Position numbers and translations under genes: made by a program. From positions 77,670 to 141,669 of the IMG/VR virus record IMGVR_UViG_3300020469_005214: DNA of 64,000 nt. One strand, given 5' to 3'. The stretch is from a virus. This document shows positions 50,332-60,128 of this stretch, in pieces (within the stretch, counting starts at the first letter, position 1; each line of letters opens with the position of its first letter). The notes beneath the pieces were generated by a model. That model was not told the origin of the DNA. It made no database searches and saw only the letters and a program-made list of their open reading frames with translations.

Positions 50332-50814
50332 TTAATTTTTTCCTGCTGGTGTAAAGTAAAATCCTATTATTGCTCCCAAAGTGGCGATTGAGACCAGAGC
50401 GATGTGCCCTGTCGTGATTGAGGTTGTAATATCGGCTCCACTTGGGAATGTGACGAGTCCCCAAAGGATTTTGACGGCTTCTTTGTTTTCTGGAGGTGTA
50501 AAGGTGACGAGCTCGACTGAGGGATAGATGGTGCAGAGGACTGAGATGACGAAAAAGTTGAGCATCCCAATAAGAGCGATAATGCGCCTAGTACCGCGAG
50601 TAAACATACTGGTATCTTTATCGACTTCTCCAAAAATTGCTTTTTGGAACTCAACATTTGCGTTAGCCATAGACAAGTCTCTAGCCAACTCTCTTTTACT
50701 CTTTGCTTCTCTGCCTTCATTGATTGATTGTATAGTACCAGCAACAATCTTAAGCATACTGCCCATTCCAGTAGCCCCAAGAGTTGACAGTAACATTGTA
50801 ACTAGTCCGAACAT
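50332..50814 (-). CDS. holin-like multi-TM protein
   Basis: Hydrophobic segments, TRRIIA, C-terminal AIIGFYF. Confidence 0.5.
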   Translation of the reverse strand: MFGLVTMLLSTLGATGMGSMLKIVAGTIQSINEGREAKSKRELARDLSMANANVEFQKAIFGEVDKDTSMFTRGTRRIIALIGMLNFFVISVLCTIYPSVELVTFTPPENKEAVKILWGLVTFPSGADITTSITTGHIALVSIATLGAIIGFYFTPAGKN

Positions 50815-50918
50815 AAATTTGTATAACTTTATTACACATTTATTATATTAATAAGAAATTTAATTGAATTAAATCATATAATTTTCATAAATAACGAGTT
50901 TTTGTGTAATGTTTTTAT

Positions 50919-52022
50919 ATGGCAAATCAAAAAATCTCAGCACTAACACAGTTAACAAATCCAAGTTTAACAGCAGATTTTATTCCCATAACCGACAACA
51001 ATTCGGTCACAAAGAGAATAAATCTTACTAACCTAGGGCTTCCATCCAAATCTTTTAATACTGTTACTTCAAGTGTTGGTGGAGAAGCGTTTGCTGGGGG
51101 TAATTATACTGGAAGTGTTCACCAAGATTTGGGAACAGATTCTATTGATATACAAGCAGGAGTTAGAGGAGGAGCTAGAATTGCTAAAGGCACTCAATCT
51201 ATAGCCATAGGATCTGTTACCCTTGTTCATGGAAATAAATCCACAAGCATAGGTAGAGAAAATCAACTTTATTCTAGAAATTCTCATCTTCTCGGAGAAC
51301 TAAATTTAGTATCGAGTGCGGCAGTTGAATCTAGCGTAGTAGGTAGAAACTGTAAAATATCTGGAGCATATAGTGTAGCTCACGGAAATAACATAGATGT
51401 TTCTAGCAATTCAAGTTCTAGCGTGTCTTTTGGTCGAAATCTAGTTGTAACGGATAACGCTGATGGTTCGGTTGCAGTTGGAAACAATATAAATATGAGT
51501 GGCGCAAACTCTATGGCAGTGGGATTTGGTCTAGATGTATCGGGAGATAACAGTGCGGCACTTGGAAGAAATGTTTTGGTATATAGCAATGGAGTTTCCG
51601 AGTTTGGAGGCTGGTATGAAAATGGAACTAGAGGTGCAGGTGTACGTTTACAAAGTGCAGGTCTTCCAGCCAGTCCTTCAGGATTTGTTACCATTTCTTT
51701 GGCAGAAAGCAACGTATCACCACTAGATGGAGGTGCTAATATTGGAAGCGAAACTGTTGATTCAATACCTAGAGACATGTTTTCTGTAAGACATGACGGC
51801 AACGAACTTCTTGCAGATGTTAATATATCGGGATCCGTAAAAACCGTTTCCTTCGGAGATGCTACTGCAAACAATAGAACATCAATTGGAAGCGCTGTTC
51901 AAAACGTCAGAGAAGATTCAGTTACTATTAATTCGATGCGTCAAGTAACTTCAGCTTTTTATAGCGGAATTTCAGCTTCTGGTCTTGTGGATGCCAATAC
52001 CTTTTATGCAATAGTGGGATGA
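50919..52022 (+). CDS. tail-fibre/adhesin-like protein with YadA-head-like repeats
   Basis: ANQKISALT N-terminus; repeated S-x-A-x-G-x-N units. Confidence 0.65.
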   Translation: MANQKISALTQLTNPSLTADFIPITDNNSVTKRINLTNLGLPSKSFNTVTSSVGGEAFAGGNYTGSVHQDLGTDSIDIQAGVRGGARIAKGTQSIAIGSVTLVHGNKSTSIGRENQLYSRNSHLLGELNLVSSAAVESSVVGRNCKISGAYSVAHGNNIDVSSNSSSSVSFGRNLVVTDNADGSVAVGNNINMSGANSMAVGFGLDVSGDNSAALGRNVLVYSNGVSEFGGWYENGTRGAGVRLQSAGLPASPSGFVTISLAESNVSPLDGGANIGSETVDSIPRDMFSVRHDGNELLADVNISGSVKTVSFGDATANNRTSIGSAVQNVREDSVTINSMRQVTSAFYSGISASGLVDANTFYAIVG

Positions 52023-52108
52023 AGATATCAGATACAAGTAATATAAAGGTAGGAACTACCGATGTAGATAAAATTTACATTGGCACTACTTTAGTTTATA
52101 CTAAGTAA
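52019..52108 (+). CDS. 29-aa fibre-associated peptide (not in ORF track)
   Basis: MKISDTSNIKVGTTDVDKIYIGTTLVYTK; ATGA overlap with the upstream stop. Confidence 0.55.
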   Translation: MKISDTSNIKVGTTDVDKIYIGTTLVYTK

Positions 52109-52242
52109 ATTATTTACGAATTATAGTAAACTCAACCAAGTAAAAAGGGCAATGGCGAAACATACGCCGAATATCCCCATTATTACTTTATCTGCGGTAG
52201 TGAGACTACTACCAGCGTTCTTTTGATTCATTGACTTTTTCA

Positions 52243-53362
52243 TTACTTCTTCTTCCACAACTTAACAAATACATATACGATTGCAACCCAACTTAACGAT
52301 TCTATAAAAGTTAAAATTGGTAGCCATGGCTCTAGGACCGATAGCATATAATTGTTTGTTGCAGCATCGCCTAACTGATTTAATTCATGCATCTTATCCA
52401 CGTTAAATGCTGCCCATACAGCACCTACTAGAAATGCCAATACATAAGGTGCGGTGAATATTGATGCCCAAATTAGGGCTTTTACTTTATTGTTTATTTT
52501 TTTCATAATTTTACGAATTTGCTAAAATATCTTCCCAATATTCTTGAATTAATTCTTCGTTTTCAAATTTTTCTTTTGTTTCATGCCACTCTGGATTGAT
52601 CCATCCTACTCTGGCGTAGATGGCTTTGCCTCTCGTGTCTACACAATCATTATTTAGTTCAAGCTTTTCTCCATTATAGTAAAGATCTTCAACAAATTCT
52701 CCAAAATCTGTTTCCACAAGACTAGCACTAAGTAGTTTTGGGTCGAAACTTTCTGCTTCTATTTCCCAGCTACAAAAAATGCCTTTTTCTGAGCTATGGT
52801 AAATTAATACTGGAACCGAACCGTTTTCGGAGTCAGTGATATAAGCTTCACGGCTTATAAGACAGCTAGGCTCTATTTCATTTTCAATTTCTTCCTCTTC
52901 TCCGTCCTTGATTTCATAAACGGTAAGATATGAATCACCATACATTCCGAAGCCATGCTCTAGATCAGCATCGTCATAGAAGGTGTCTTGAACTTCTTCA
53001 ATCAAGTCCGACTCTTCTTCGTTTTCCCATTTATTTACAAAATCTGCATCTTTAGTGCAAATTGCATACTCACCACCATATCCCGTGGCTTCAATTTTAA
53101 ATTTCTTTTTCATAAATTAAATTTCTATTTCTAAAATTTCTCCTGCTTGAGTCGTATTGTAATGAAAGTCGTCATGGAAGAATAATTCCTCAAGCGCATC
53201 ATAAACCTCATCCTTTTCTGGAGTTGGATCAACATATAACTCTGCTCCATTATCGTCTTCGTGGCGACCAATCTTGTACTCTACATCTTCTATTTTTGCT
53301 TTAAAAACATAAATAATTTTACTGTATGTAATTCTGGGTGTTTCTGTTATTTCTATTTGCAT
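52243..53362 (-). other. three hypothetical ORFs (52243-52506 membrane; 52511-53113 and 53117-53362 acidic)
   Basis: ORF track; co-oriented operon. Confidence 0.6.
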
Positions 53363-54261
53363 AATTTGTATTTTTTTCTAATTTTTTTATTTTTGAATTT
53401 TTTTTTGTTTTTAGAATCTGAAATATATTTATTTAAACTGTGTATTGGAATCCATCCTAAATCTTTCGTTTTATCAGTAACTAAATCACAATTCATTCGA
53501 TTGCCCTGTCTTTCTGGTAACATTTTAATTTGACCACCAAACATTTCTGCAACTTCAAGAACCGAATAAGATTCGTCTGAACCAATTCCATATCCGTCTC
53601 CCTCACCCTTTTCTCCAATCAATACAAGGGCTTCAATAATATCATCAATATGTGTAAAATTTCTTTTTTGCGTTCCTGGAGATACGATGTTTAGTTTCTG
53701 ACCTTTTTCAATACTGTCTTTAAATAATGCAATAAGCGTAGCATATTTGCCATCTTTAATTTCCCTGCCTCCATAAACATTATAAAAATAAGTTATTGCA
53801 TAATCTATGTTAAACCACTTACCATAGTTCATAACAAGTTGAGTGTTTTGAGCTTTAGTAAAAGCATAAGGTGAGCCGTTTGCGCCACTATCACTGAACT
53901 TTGTACTACTACCAGCGTAAATAAGCTTAGCCCCTGTATCTCTAATATATTCTAATACTTGAAAAGTTCCTTGAGTATTATATTTATGTACAAGACGTAT
54001 ATCTTTAAAACTTTGTTCAACCCTCGAATATTCGCCTAAGTGATAAACAATATCAAAATTTCGCTCATATACAAAAGGAGTATTAGGTAAATCATGTGTT
54101 GCATAGGGGTAATATCTAACGCCTGAAATATGATTGCGCTCACTACCTGTAAAATAATTATCTATACTTACAACTTCGTTTCCGCTTTCTACTAATCTCT
54201 CGCATAAGTGACTTCCTACAAATCCAGCCCCACCTATAACTAATACCTTTTTTCCTTTCAT
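53353..54261 (-). CDS. NAD-dependent nucleotide-sugar epimerase/dehydratase
   Basis: GGAGFVGSHL, HLGEYSRV, YAFTK, FYNVYG, RNFTHIDD. Confidence 0.9.
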   Translation of the reverse strand: MKGKKVLVIGGAGFVGSHLCERLVESGNEVVSIDNYFTGSERNHISGVRYYPYATHDLPNTPFVYERNFDIVYHLGEYSRVEQSFKDIRLVHKYNTQGTFQVLEYIRDTGAKLIYAGSSTKFSDSGANGSPYAFTKAQNTQLVMNYGKWFNIDYAITYFYNVYGGREIKDGKYATLIALFKDSIEKGQKLNIVSPGTQKRNFTHIDDIIEALVLIGEKGEGDGYGIGSDESYSVLEVAEMFGGQIKMLPERQGNRMNCDLVTDKTKDLGWIPIHSLNKYISDSKNKKKFKNKKIRKKYKLCK

Positions 54262-54268
54262 ATATAAT

Positions 54269-55210
54269 TTATCTATATACAGAGTATTCCATTAAATGAA
54301 GCTTGGTAATATCTTCTGCACCTGCATAACTCATACAGCTTTGTATTCCTTGATTGATTCTATTAATATATTCTTGGTATGATTCTTCTCTCATATCAAG
54401 ATGTACAATCTTACCTTCTACATAACCATTATGTCCTTTGTTTGTAGATGAGGCGCTACCATAAAATTCCTTCTTGAGACCAACCCTTTTTGCTGGGCTA
54501 TCGACACATTTAGCAAATTCGCTACCTATCATAACCATATCGGCTCCTGCAACTAATGCTTTGGTTACATCGCCTACTTCTCTTATCTGTCCATCGGCTA
54601 TAACTGGAATATTAAGATAAGACAAGTTAGCTACTGTACTAAACATAGGTGTGCCAACTCCAGTGCAATTATATGTGGTGCAACTCTTACCCATTGACAA
54701 GCCAACCTTTACTGCGTCAGCTCCCCAAGAACCTAAATCCTTAGCGGCTTCTATAGTTCCAATATTACCAGCTATTATTTTTGCACTATTTTTAAAGTGA
54801 TGATTCTTTATGTGTTCAATCATTTCTTTCACCAATATGTGATGTCCATGTGCCACATCAATAGTTATATAATCTACTCTTAACTTGTTAGCAAATAAAT
54901 CATTAATTAACTCCCAATCTTTTTCGTTTACTCCAACTGATATTGAAATTGTTTTTAAATCTTGGTTATCTTTTACCCAATCGTAAATATCATCATATTC
55001 GTAAAATCTATGCAAAACATAAAAATATCCAGCCTCACTTAATTCTATTGCTTTCTCAAAATCTATAGTGCATTTCATATTCGCTGGAATAGCAACACTT
55101 TTAAATTTTTGTCCCAAAAAATCTACTGAAACATCTAGTTTTGATCTAGACTTAATTTCAGAATATTTAGGCGTTAAAACAATATTGTCATAACTGTATG
55201 CAGTATTCAT
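54269..55210 (-). CDS. guaC: GMP reductase
   Basis: PANMK, YFYVLHRF, ITIDVAHGH, GADAVKVG, CTT, ADG.IR..GDV.KA, FYGSAS, VEGK; no CBS domains. Confidence 0.88.
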   Translation of the reverse strand: MNTAYSYDNIVLTPKYSEIKSRSKLDVSVDFLGQKFKSVAIPANMKCTIDFEKAIELSEAGYFYVLHRFYEYDDIYDWVKDNQDLKTISISVGVNEKDWELINDLFANKLRVDYITIDVAHGHHILVKEMIEHIKNHHFKNSAKIIAGNIGTIEAAKDLGSWGADAVKVGLSMGKSCTTYNCTGVGTPMFSTVANLSYLNIPVIADGQIREVGDVTKALVAGADMVMIGSEFAKCVDSPAKRVGLKKEFYGSASSTNKGHNGYVEGKIVHLDMREESYQEYINRINQGIQSCMSYAGAEDITKLHLMEYSVYR

Positions 55211-55212
55211 TA

Positions 55213-55524
55213 TTATGGTATAGTCAAAAACTTAACTAAATCTATAAAATCTTTACTTCTATTTTTAATAAAACTAATGATACGATTCTTAGGCACAACA
55301 GCCAAAATAAAATCGTCATAATGAATGTTCATCCATTCTCTAACTGCGATTTCCCAAGTAAGACCTCGACCCTTTTCGGCTTCATACCATTTATATGAGC
55401 GTACTTCATCTTTTACTATACGGGCTACAGTAAAGTGAAATTTATTGTGTTTCTCTGGATCAAAGGATACATAATCCTCAGACTCTAAGAGATAATATAT
55501 AATAGGTTTATCCTTCTCTTCCAT
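55213..55524 (-). CDS. hypothetical protein (DUF4032-like)
   Basis: EV..YKWYEAEKGRGLTWEIAVREW. Confidence 0.5.
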   Translation of the reverse strand: MEEKDKPIIYYLLESEDYVSFDPEKHNKFHFTVARIVKDEVRSYKWYEAEKGRGLTWEIAVREWMNIHYDDFILAVVPKNRIISFIKNRSKDFIDLVKFLTIP

Positions 55525-55687
55525 TTTTCTTTTCTAAATTATTTTTTATAGCTTTGTCAATCTTTGGGGTTACCAAATGACGAACATGCTCGTTATAAAC
55601 TAGAGGACCGCTTGAACGACCCATAAGTTTTCTTTTAGTTGGATTTGGCGCTCTTAAATCTACGCCTGCTTTTGTTTTTTTAGCCAT
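55508..55687 (-). CDS. small basic hypothetical protein
   Basis: Start MAKKTKAG, 7 nt after a TTGACT-N16-CATAAT promoter on the minus strand. Confidence 0.55.
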   Translation of the reverse strand: MAKKTKAGVDLRAPNPTKRKLMGRSSGPLVYNEHVRHLVTPKIDKAIKNNLEKKNGREG

Positions 55688-55745
55688 ACACCCTATTATG
55701 AGGAAAAAAAAATTAAAGTCAAGTAAAAAAATCAACTTATTTCAT

Positions 55746-55876
55746 GTGGAAAGTAACTTACCACTCGGAGGAAAGTCATTGACCTAATGTAACAAGTATA
55801 TTTTTAATTTACATTTTTAAATAATTGATTATAAATGCTTTACAAATCACATGAAAAAATTGGCACGGTGAATGCA
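55746..55876 (+). promoter_or_regulatory. sigma54 promoter with IHF site and tandem enhancer-like boxes
   Basis: TGGCACGGTGAATGCA (55861-55876); TAAATAATTGATT (55818-55830); GGAAAGTAACTTACC and GGAAAGTCATTGACC 22 bp apart. Confidence 0.75.
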
Positions 55877-55918
55877 CATATAATTACACACACTAATTAA
55901 CAACCCAATTAAAATATT

Positions 55919-56158
55919 ATGAATAATAAAATAAACTATCGAGGTTCGACTATTACAGTTGACGAATTAAAAGCTGAGAATTCATCTCATGCAAATTCTC
56001 TACAAAATAGCAACCCAGAACTAAGCTATCGCGGAGCACATTCTGATCATGCGAGTGTAACTGCTGGAAATAAGAAACATAACGATGATCTTTATAGTAA
56101 TGATCCAACAATTACTTATCGTGGAGCATCTGTTAAATATTCGGAAATCCACAAATAA
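55919..56158 (+). CDS. DUF4278-like protein (three YRG repeats)
   Basis: INYRGS, LSYRGA, ITYRGA. Confidence 0.65.
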   Translation: MNNKINYRGSTITVDELKAENSSHANSLQNSNPELSYRGAHSDHASVTAGNKKHNDDLYSNDPTITYRGASVKYSEIHK

Positions 56159-56177
56159 AAATTACATAAAGCTAATA

Positions 56178-56214
56178 AAGGTCGCTGAGTTTTTTACTTA
56201 GCGACTTTTTTTTT
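56178..56214 (+). terminator. Rho-independent terminator
   Basis: GTCGCTGAGT/ACTTAGCGAC plus T run. Confidence 0.85.
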
Positions 56215-56271
56215 GTGAATTTTTAAGCATTTTAATTTTCAAAATTGTTTTTTCATGGTGTAAAATATTAT

Positions 56272-57606
56272 ATGTCGAAGAAACTTTCAAAATCGGAAGC
56301 AGAAAGAATTATTAAAAAATTCTGTAAGCCTCCTTATGACCCAGATGAAGCGAAAATAAAGGAGGCTATGTGGGTAGTTTTGCAAGAAGGTGGCAGTGAA
56401 GGCTTCGAATGGGAAGAGCCAGAAGAAGAGGAAAATAAGCCTGGATCTGGGTCTCTAGCCAAGGAAGCTAGCCAAAGTGCATCTTCGGCAGGTGGAGGTG
56501 CATTAGAGGGAGCTGGTCAATATGTTGGTCAAATAGTAAGTAACGTCCAAAGTCTTGGGGCGGCTGGAGCGATAGCGATGAGTTCCGCTACATATTTCCA
56601 AGCTGAAACCGTTATCGATTCAACAGAAGAATTTACCGAAATAGTTAGAGAAGTCGAAGTTGAATATGGGCAAACATTTAACAACTACTTTATAGAAAAC
56701 GCTGCATACCTTATTGACAGTATACCAATCATTGAAAGTATACCAGTGGTAGGCGGAGCTTTGGAATCTGCATCTGAAAGCCTATTGGAAGTGGCAGATG
56801 AGATGGAAACTGTTGAAGAAAAACAAGAAAGAATAGAGACCGAAGAAGCTGCAGAAGAGGCGGAAGCAGAAGCCAAGGCTGAGGCTGAGGCCGCAGAAGA
56901 GGCGGAAGCAGAAGCAGAAAAAGAAGCGAAGAGAGAGGAAAGTAAAGAAAAGAGAGAAGCGAAGAGAGAGGAGAGGGAAGCCAAGAAAGAAGAGAATTCA
57001 GAAGAACCAGAAGAGTCGGAGGACGCTGAAACTGAAGAAAGCGAGTCTGAGGAAGCTGAAGAATCGGAAGAAAGCGATGAATCTGAGGAGGCCGAAGAAA
57101 GCGAACAGGCTGAAGAGCCAGAAGAATCAGAAGAAAGTGAAGCCGAAGAGTCGGAGCCTGAAGAAAGCGAAGAAGTTGTAGAAGAAGAACCCGAACAGGA
57201 AGCTGAAGAACCTGTGGAAGAAGCAGAAGAAGAGCCCAAGAAGAAAAAGAAAGGCGGTTTCTTTGGACTATTTGGAGGTGATGACGAAGAAGAAGCTGAA
57301 GAGCCTGAAGAAGAATCAGAGCCTGAACAAGAAATTGAAGAGGTAGCAGAAGAGTCAGAACCTGAACCTGAAGCTGAACCCGAAACAGAACAGCCAGAAT
57401 CAACAGAAACAGGCCAAGAAGCCGTTGAAGAAGCCCCAGAGGTAGTAGAGGTAGAAGAGGCTCCAATCGACGAACTAGACCCAATTAAACCGCACTCAGA
57501 CATAGAGAGCAATGACGCTGGAGAAATTATTGAGACAGAGCTCCCAGCAGTATTAACACCAGACGATGCTATTGTAGTATCTCCATCTGGCCCTTTAACC
57601 ACATAA
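56272..57606 (+). CDS. very Glu-rich low-complexity protein
   Basis: Start MSKKLSK after TGTAA-N8; long E/A/S/P tracts. Confidence 0.75.
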   Translation: MSKKLSKSEAERIIKKFCKPPYDPDEAKIKEAMWVVLQEGGSEGFEWEEPEEEENKPGSGSLAKEASQSASSAGGGALEGAGQYVGQIVSNVQSLGAAGAIAMSSATYFQAETVIDSTEEFTEIVREVEVEYGQTFNNYFIENAAYLIDSIPIIESIPVVGGALESASESLLEVADEMETVEEKQERIETEEAAEEAEAEAKAEAEAAEEAEAEAEKEAKREESKEKREAKREEREAKKEENSEEPEESEDAETEESESEEAEESEESDESEEAEESEQAEEPEESEESEAEESEPEESEEVVEEEPEQEAEEPVEEAEEEPKKKKKGGFFGLFGGDDEEEAEEPEEESEPEQEIEEVAEESEPEPEAEPETEQPESTETGQEAVEEAPEVVEVEEAPIDELDPIKPHSDIESNDAGEIIETELPAVLTPDDAIVVSPSGPLTT

Positions 57607-57610
57607 AAAA

Positions 57611-57784
57611 ATGATACAAGAAATAATAGAATTAGCAAAAGGTAATTTATTCAAGATGGCAATAGCCACAATAGGTATTTTATCTATCGTGTTCCACATT
57701 CTCCCAAAAGGTGAAAAAAAATCTGGATTTTTCGGCTTAATAGGAGATGGAATCAACTTTATTAAAAATATATTTAAAAAATGA
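57611..57784 (+). CDS. small membrane protein (57 aa, not in ORF track)
   Basis: MIQEIIELAKGNLFKMAIATIGILSIVFHILPKGEKKSGFFGLIG...; stop overlaps the next ATG. Confidence 0.6.
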   Translation: MIQEIIELAKGNLFKMAIATIGILSIVFHILPKGEKKSGFFGLIGDGINFIKNIFKK

Positions 57785-58410
57785 AAAAACTGATTACATT
57801 ATTACTGTTAATTACGACCTCGGCATCTGCTAGCATCAGCATATTAGGACCACTCACTGGTCAAACACAAAATTATTCCTACTACGATATAGATGTTGTC
57901 TTAGAAGACGATCAATACATTACGGGTTTCGGTGGTCCAGAAACTCAGCATACATATTACGAGTACATATATATGACTCCTGATAGTGCAGGCGATGATT
58001 TTCGTTTCTCTAATTACTCAAGCTCATTGCAAGGATCAGCTGGTTCTACGACTGATACACAAGTGTTGTTATATGATGCAGACAATTTTGATTTAACCAA
58101 CGTTATAACGAATATGCCAGACATTTTTAACTCATCATCTACTTTTGGATGGGGAGGAGGCCAAAGTCTTAGTAGTGGTCAGGGAACTGGTGTAGGCGAA
58201 GGTGCATTCGACGGTCTATTCGATTTAGAAGAAAAACAATATTTAGTAGTGTTTACTTCTTTCTCTGCCGATGCTCTTGGCTCAATGGACATTGAAATAA
58301 ATGGACCAAGTGAGCTATATTTTAGTACAGTGCCAGAACCATCGATTTATGCTTTGCTCTTTGGTTGGGTTGCATTCATGTGTGTAGTAATTCGAAGAAG
58401 AAATGCATAG
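57781..58410 (+). CDS. PEP-CTERM sorting-domain protein
   Basis: Signal peptide; C-terminal VPEPSIYALLFGWVAFMCVVIRRR. Confidence 0.9.
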   Translation: MKKLITLLLLITTSASASISILGPLTGQTQNYSYYDIDVVLEDDQYITGFGGPETQHTYYEYIYMTPDSAGDDFRFSNYSSSLQGSAGSTTDTQVLLYDADNFDLTNVITNMPDIFNSSSTFGWGGGQSLSSGQGTGVGEGAFDGLFDLEEKQYLVVFTSFSADALGSMDIEINGPSELYFSTVPEPSIYALLFGWVAFMCVVIRRRNA

Positions 58411-58963
58411 GTTTCTCATAGGTCTATTATTAGTAGCATCAACTCTCTATGCAGATTTGATTACTACTTTTGAATTTGATTTTGATGAAACATCTCCGAC
58501 TTGGACTTCACCTGGCGAAGATAGTGGAATATTTTATTATAACCTTGCATATTTTACAGTAGATACATCAGGAAGTTGGACTGCTACTAATACGTCTATT
58601 TTATCACACGATTCGTATGACTATAGTGACGGAACACCCTTTTCTGAGGCTGATACGTTTATCTATGTTTACGAAAATACATTTGATACGTCCGACGTAA
58701 ATAAAAATTTATTTGCATCTGATGATGATGGTTACGATGGAGGCAACACATATCAATTTGAAGTAACTGAAAACTTAATAGCAGGAACAACATATTGGTC
58801 CGTGATTACTTCTTATGATGCAGGAGAATACATATCAGGTACAGTTGATATATCTGGCCCAACTGGTTCGAGTATCAATATGACTATAGTGCCAGAATCA
58901 ACTGCATTCGGCTTAACTATGGCTGGAGTAGCGCTAATACTATTATTACTAAAACAGAAATAA
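58403..58963 (+). CDS. PEP-CTERM-like protein
   Basis: Signal peptide; DTFIYVY..FD...N.FASDDD domain; C-terminal VPESTAFGLTMAGVALILLLLKQK. Confidence 0.8.
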   Translation: MHRFLIGLLLVASTLYADLITTFEFDFDETSPTWTSPGEDSGIFYYNLAYFTVDTSGSWTATNTSILSHDSYDYSDGTPFSEADTFIYVYENTFDTSDVNKNLFASDDDGYDGGNTYQFEVTENLIAGTTYWSVITSYDAGEYISGTVDISGPTGSSINMTIVPESTAFGLTMAGVALILLLLKQK

Positions 58964-58966
58964 TGC

Positions 58967-60124
58967 ATGAGATTTATATTATTATCTATATTATTCTGCC
59001 TCTCGCTGGTGTTATCTGGCTATGCAGATAAAAAGTTTAAGTTAACTTCGTTTAGTAGAATATTTTATGATGACAACGTTTTTATGCGGGCGGCTGGTAC
59101 GCCCAATCAAACATCGACCTTTTACTTCAGCCAATCGCTGGGAGTAGAAGGTAAGTTTTTTAGAGATTTAATAAATCTAAAAGCGCAACCAGAGGTAAGA
59201 CATAGAAGCGTTGATAATAAAACATTAGTATTTGGCAACATCGGTATAAGGGGCGAATATGAATTAACGCCAAAACTTATTCTTAATTCTTCCGATTCTT
59301 TCTCCCATTTAGAAAGGGAGCCAAGCGACATTGACGATGACCTAGATGTAACTTACTTTATGTATAAGAGTTCGTACACACTAACGTGGAAACCTAGGTA
59401 TCTATTAAAACTTAAAGGCGGCTATGAAAGCCATGTCAAACGTTGGTCGGAAAACTTACCCGTAGGAGTTGGCAACGAATTAACTAACGGTGACTTTACT
59501 AAAGATACATTTACGTTTGGTGCAGAACAAATTCTTGGTAAACGTTTTATTTTAGAGTTAATAGGAAAAAAATCATTTTTAGATTATAACGGAAGTCGTG
59601 GAGCAATTGATACTGATACGTACTATACGCAATTTTCGTATATAATGAATCCGTCAACTATCATAAAAATAAATTACGGTATAATTGATGCATTAATAAA
59701 AGATCAATATGGCACAATAACTGAATATTCAACTCCTACATATGGAGGTAATATAACATACTTTACGGAAAAAGGAACAGTGATTCTATTAGGCACTGTG
59801 TACGAAGTGCTGGATTCATCTGTAGCGTATTGGAATATGAAAGAGAATTTGAAAACATCTCTTATGGTAAAATATCCAATCACGCCAAAACTTGAAGTAA
59901 ACTTAATGGGCGCTCATCTTCTTACCTCATATAAAGATATTGGTAATCGGTATAACGCTGGATTAGAACGTGAAGAAGAAGTGTTTATGTCAAGCATAAC
60001 TTTTGCTTGGAAATACAATGAAAACCACTACACTGAGGTTGGCTATCAAGGATTGCATCTATTAAATAAAGATGCCGACGTTTTTAAGAATAAAGTATTT
60101 GTTGGGTATCGTTGGAATTTTTAA
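58967..60124 (+). CDS. outer-membrane beta-barrel protein
   Basis: Signal peptide, FYDDNVF near the N-terminus, alternating aromatic strands, C-terminal VGYRWNF beta-signal. Confidence 0.8.
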   Translation: MRFILLSILFCLSLVLSGYADKKFKLTSFSRIFYDDNVFMRAAGTPNQTSTFYFSQSLGVEGKFFRDLINLKAQPEVRHRSVDNKTLVFGNIGIRGEYELTPKLILNSSDSFSHLEREPSDIDDDLDVTYFMYKSSYTLTWKPRYLLKLKGGYESHVKRWSENLPVGVGNELTNGDFTKDTFTFGAEQILGKRFILELIGKKSFLDYNGSRGAIDTDTYYTQFSYIMNPSTIIKINYGIIDALIKDQYGTITEYSTPTYGGNITYFTEKGTVILLGTVYEVLDSSVAYWNMKENLKTSLMVKYPITPKLEVNLMGAHLLTSYKDIGNRYNAGLEREEEVFMSSITFAWKYNENHYTEVGYQGLHLLNKDADVFKNKVFVGYRWNF

Positions 60125-60128
60125 TATA

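Noticed and set aside
50309-50780. ORF 50367-50780 and the N-terminal extension of 49916-50464
   Set aside because: Both overlap the better-supported membrane gene 50332-50814 in other frames.
55766-55780. GGAGGAAAGTC resembling the RNase P RNA P4 5' strand
   Set aside because: No matching 3' P4 segment or room for the RNA; better explained as one of two enhancer-like boxes.
55740-55918. Glutamine riboswitch upstream of the DUF4278-like gene
   Set aside because: No recognisable stems; the predicted leader is only about 30 nt and unstructured.
56685-57638. Long minus-strand ORFs (317 aa and 251 aa)
   Set aside because: Antisense shadows of the GAA-rich Glu-repeat gene; no start context.
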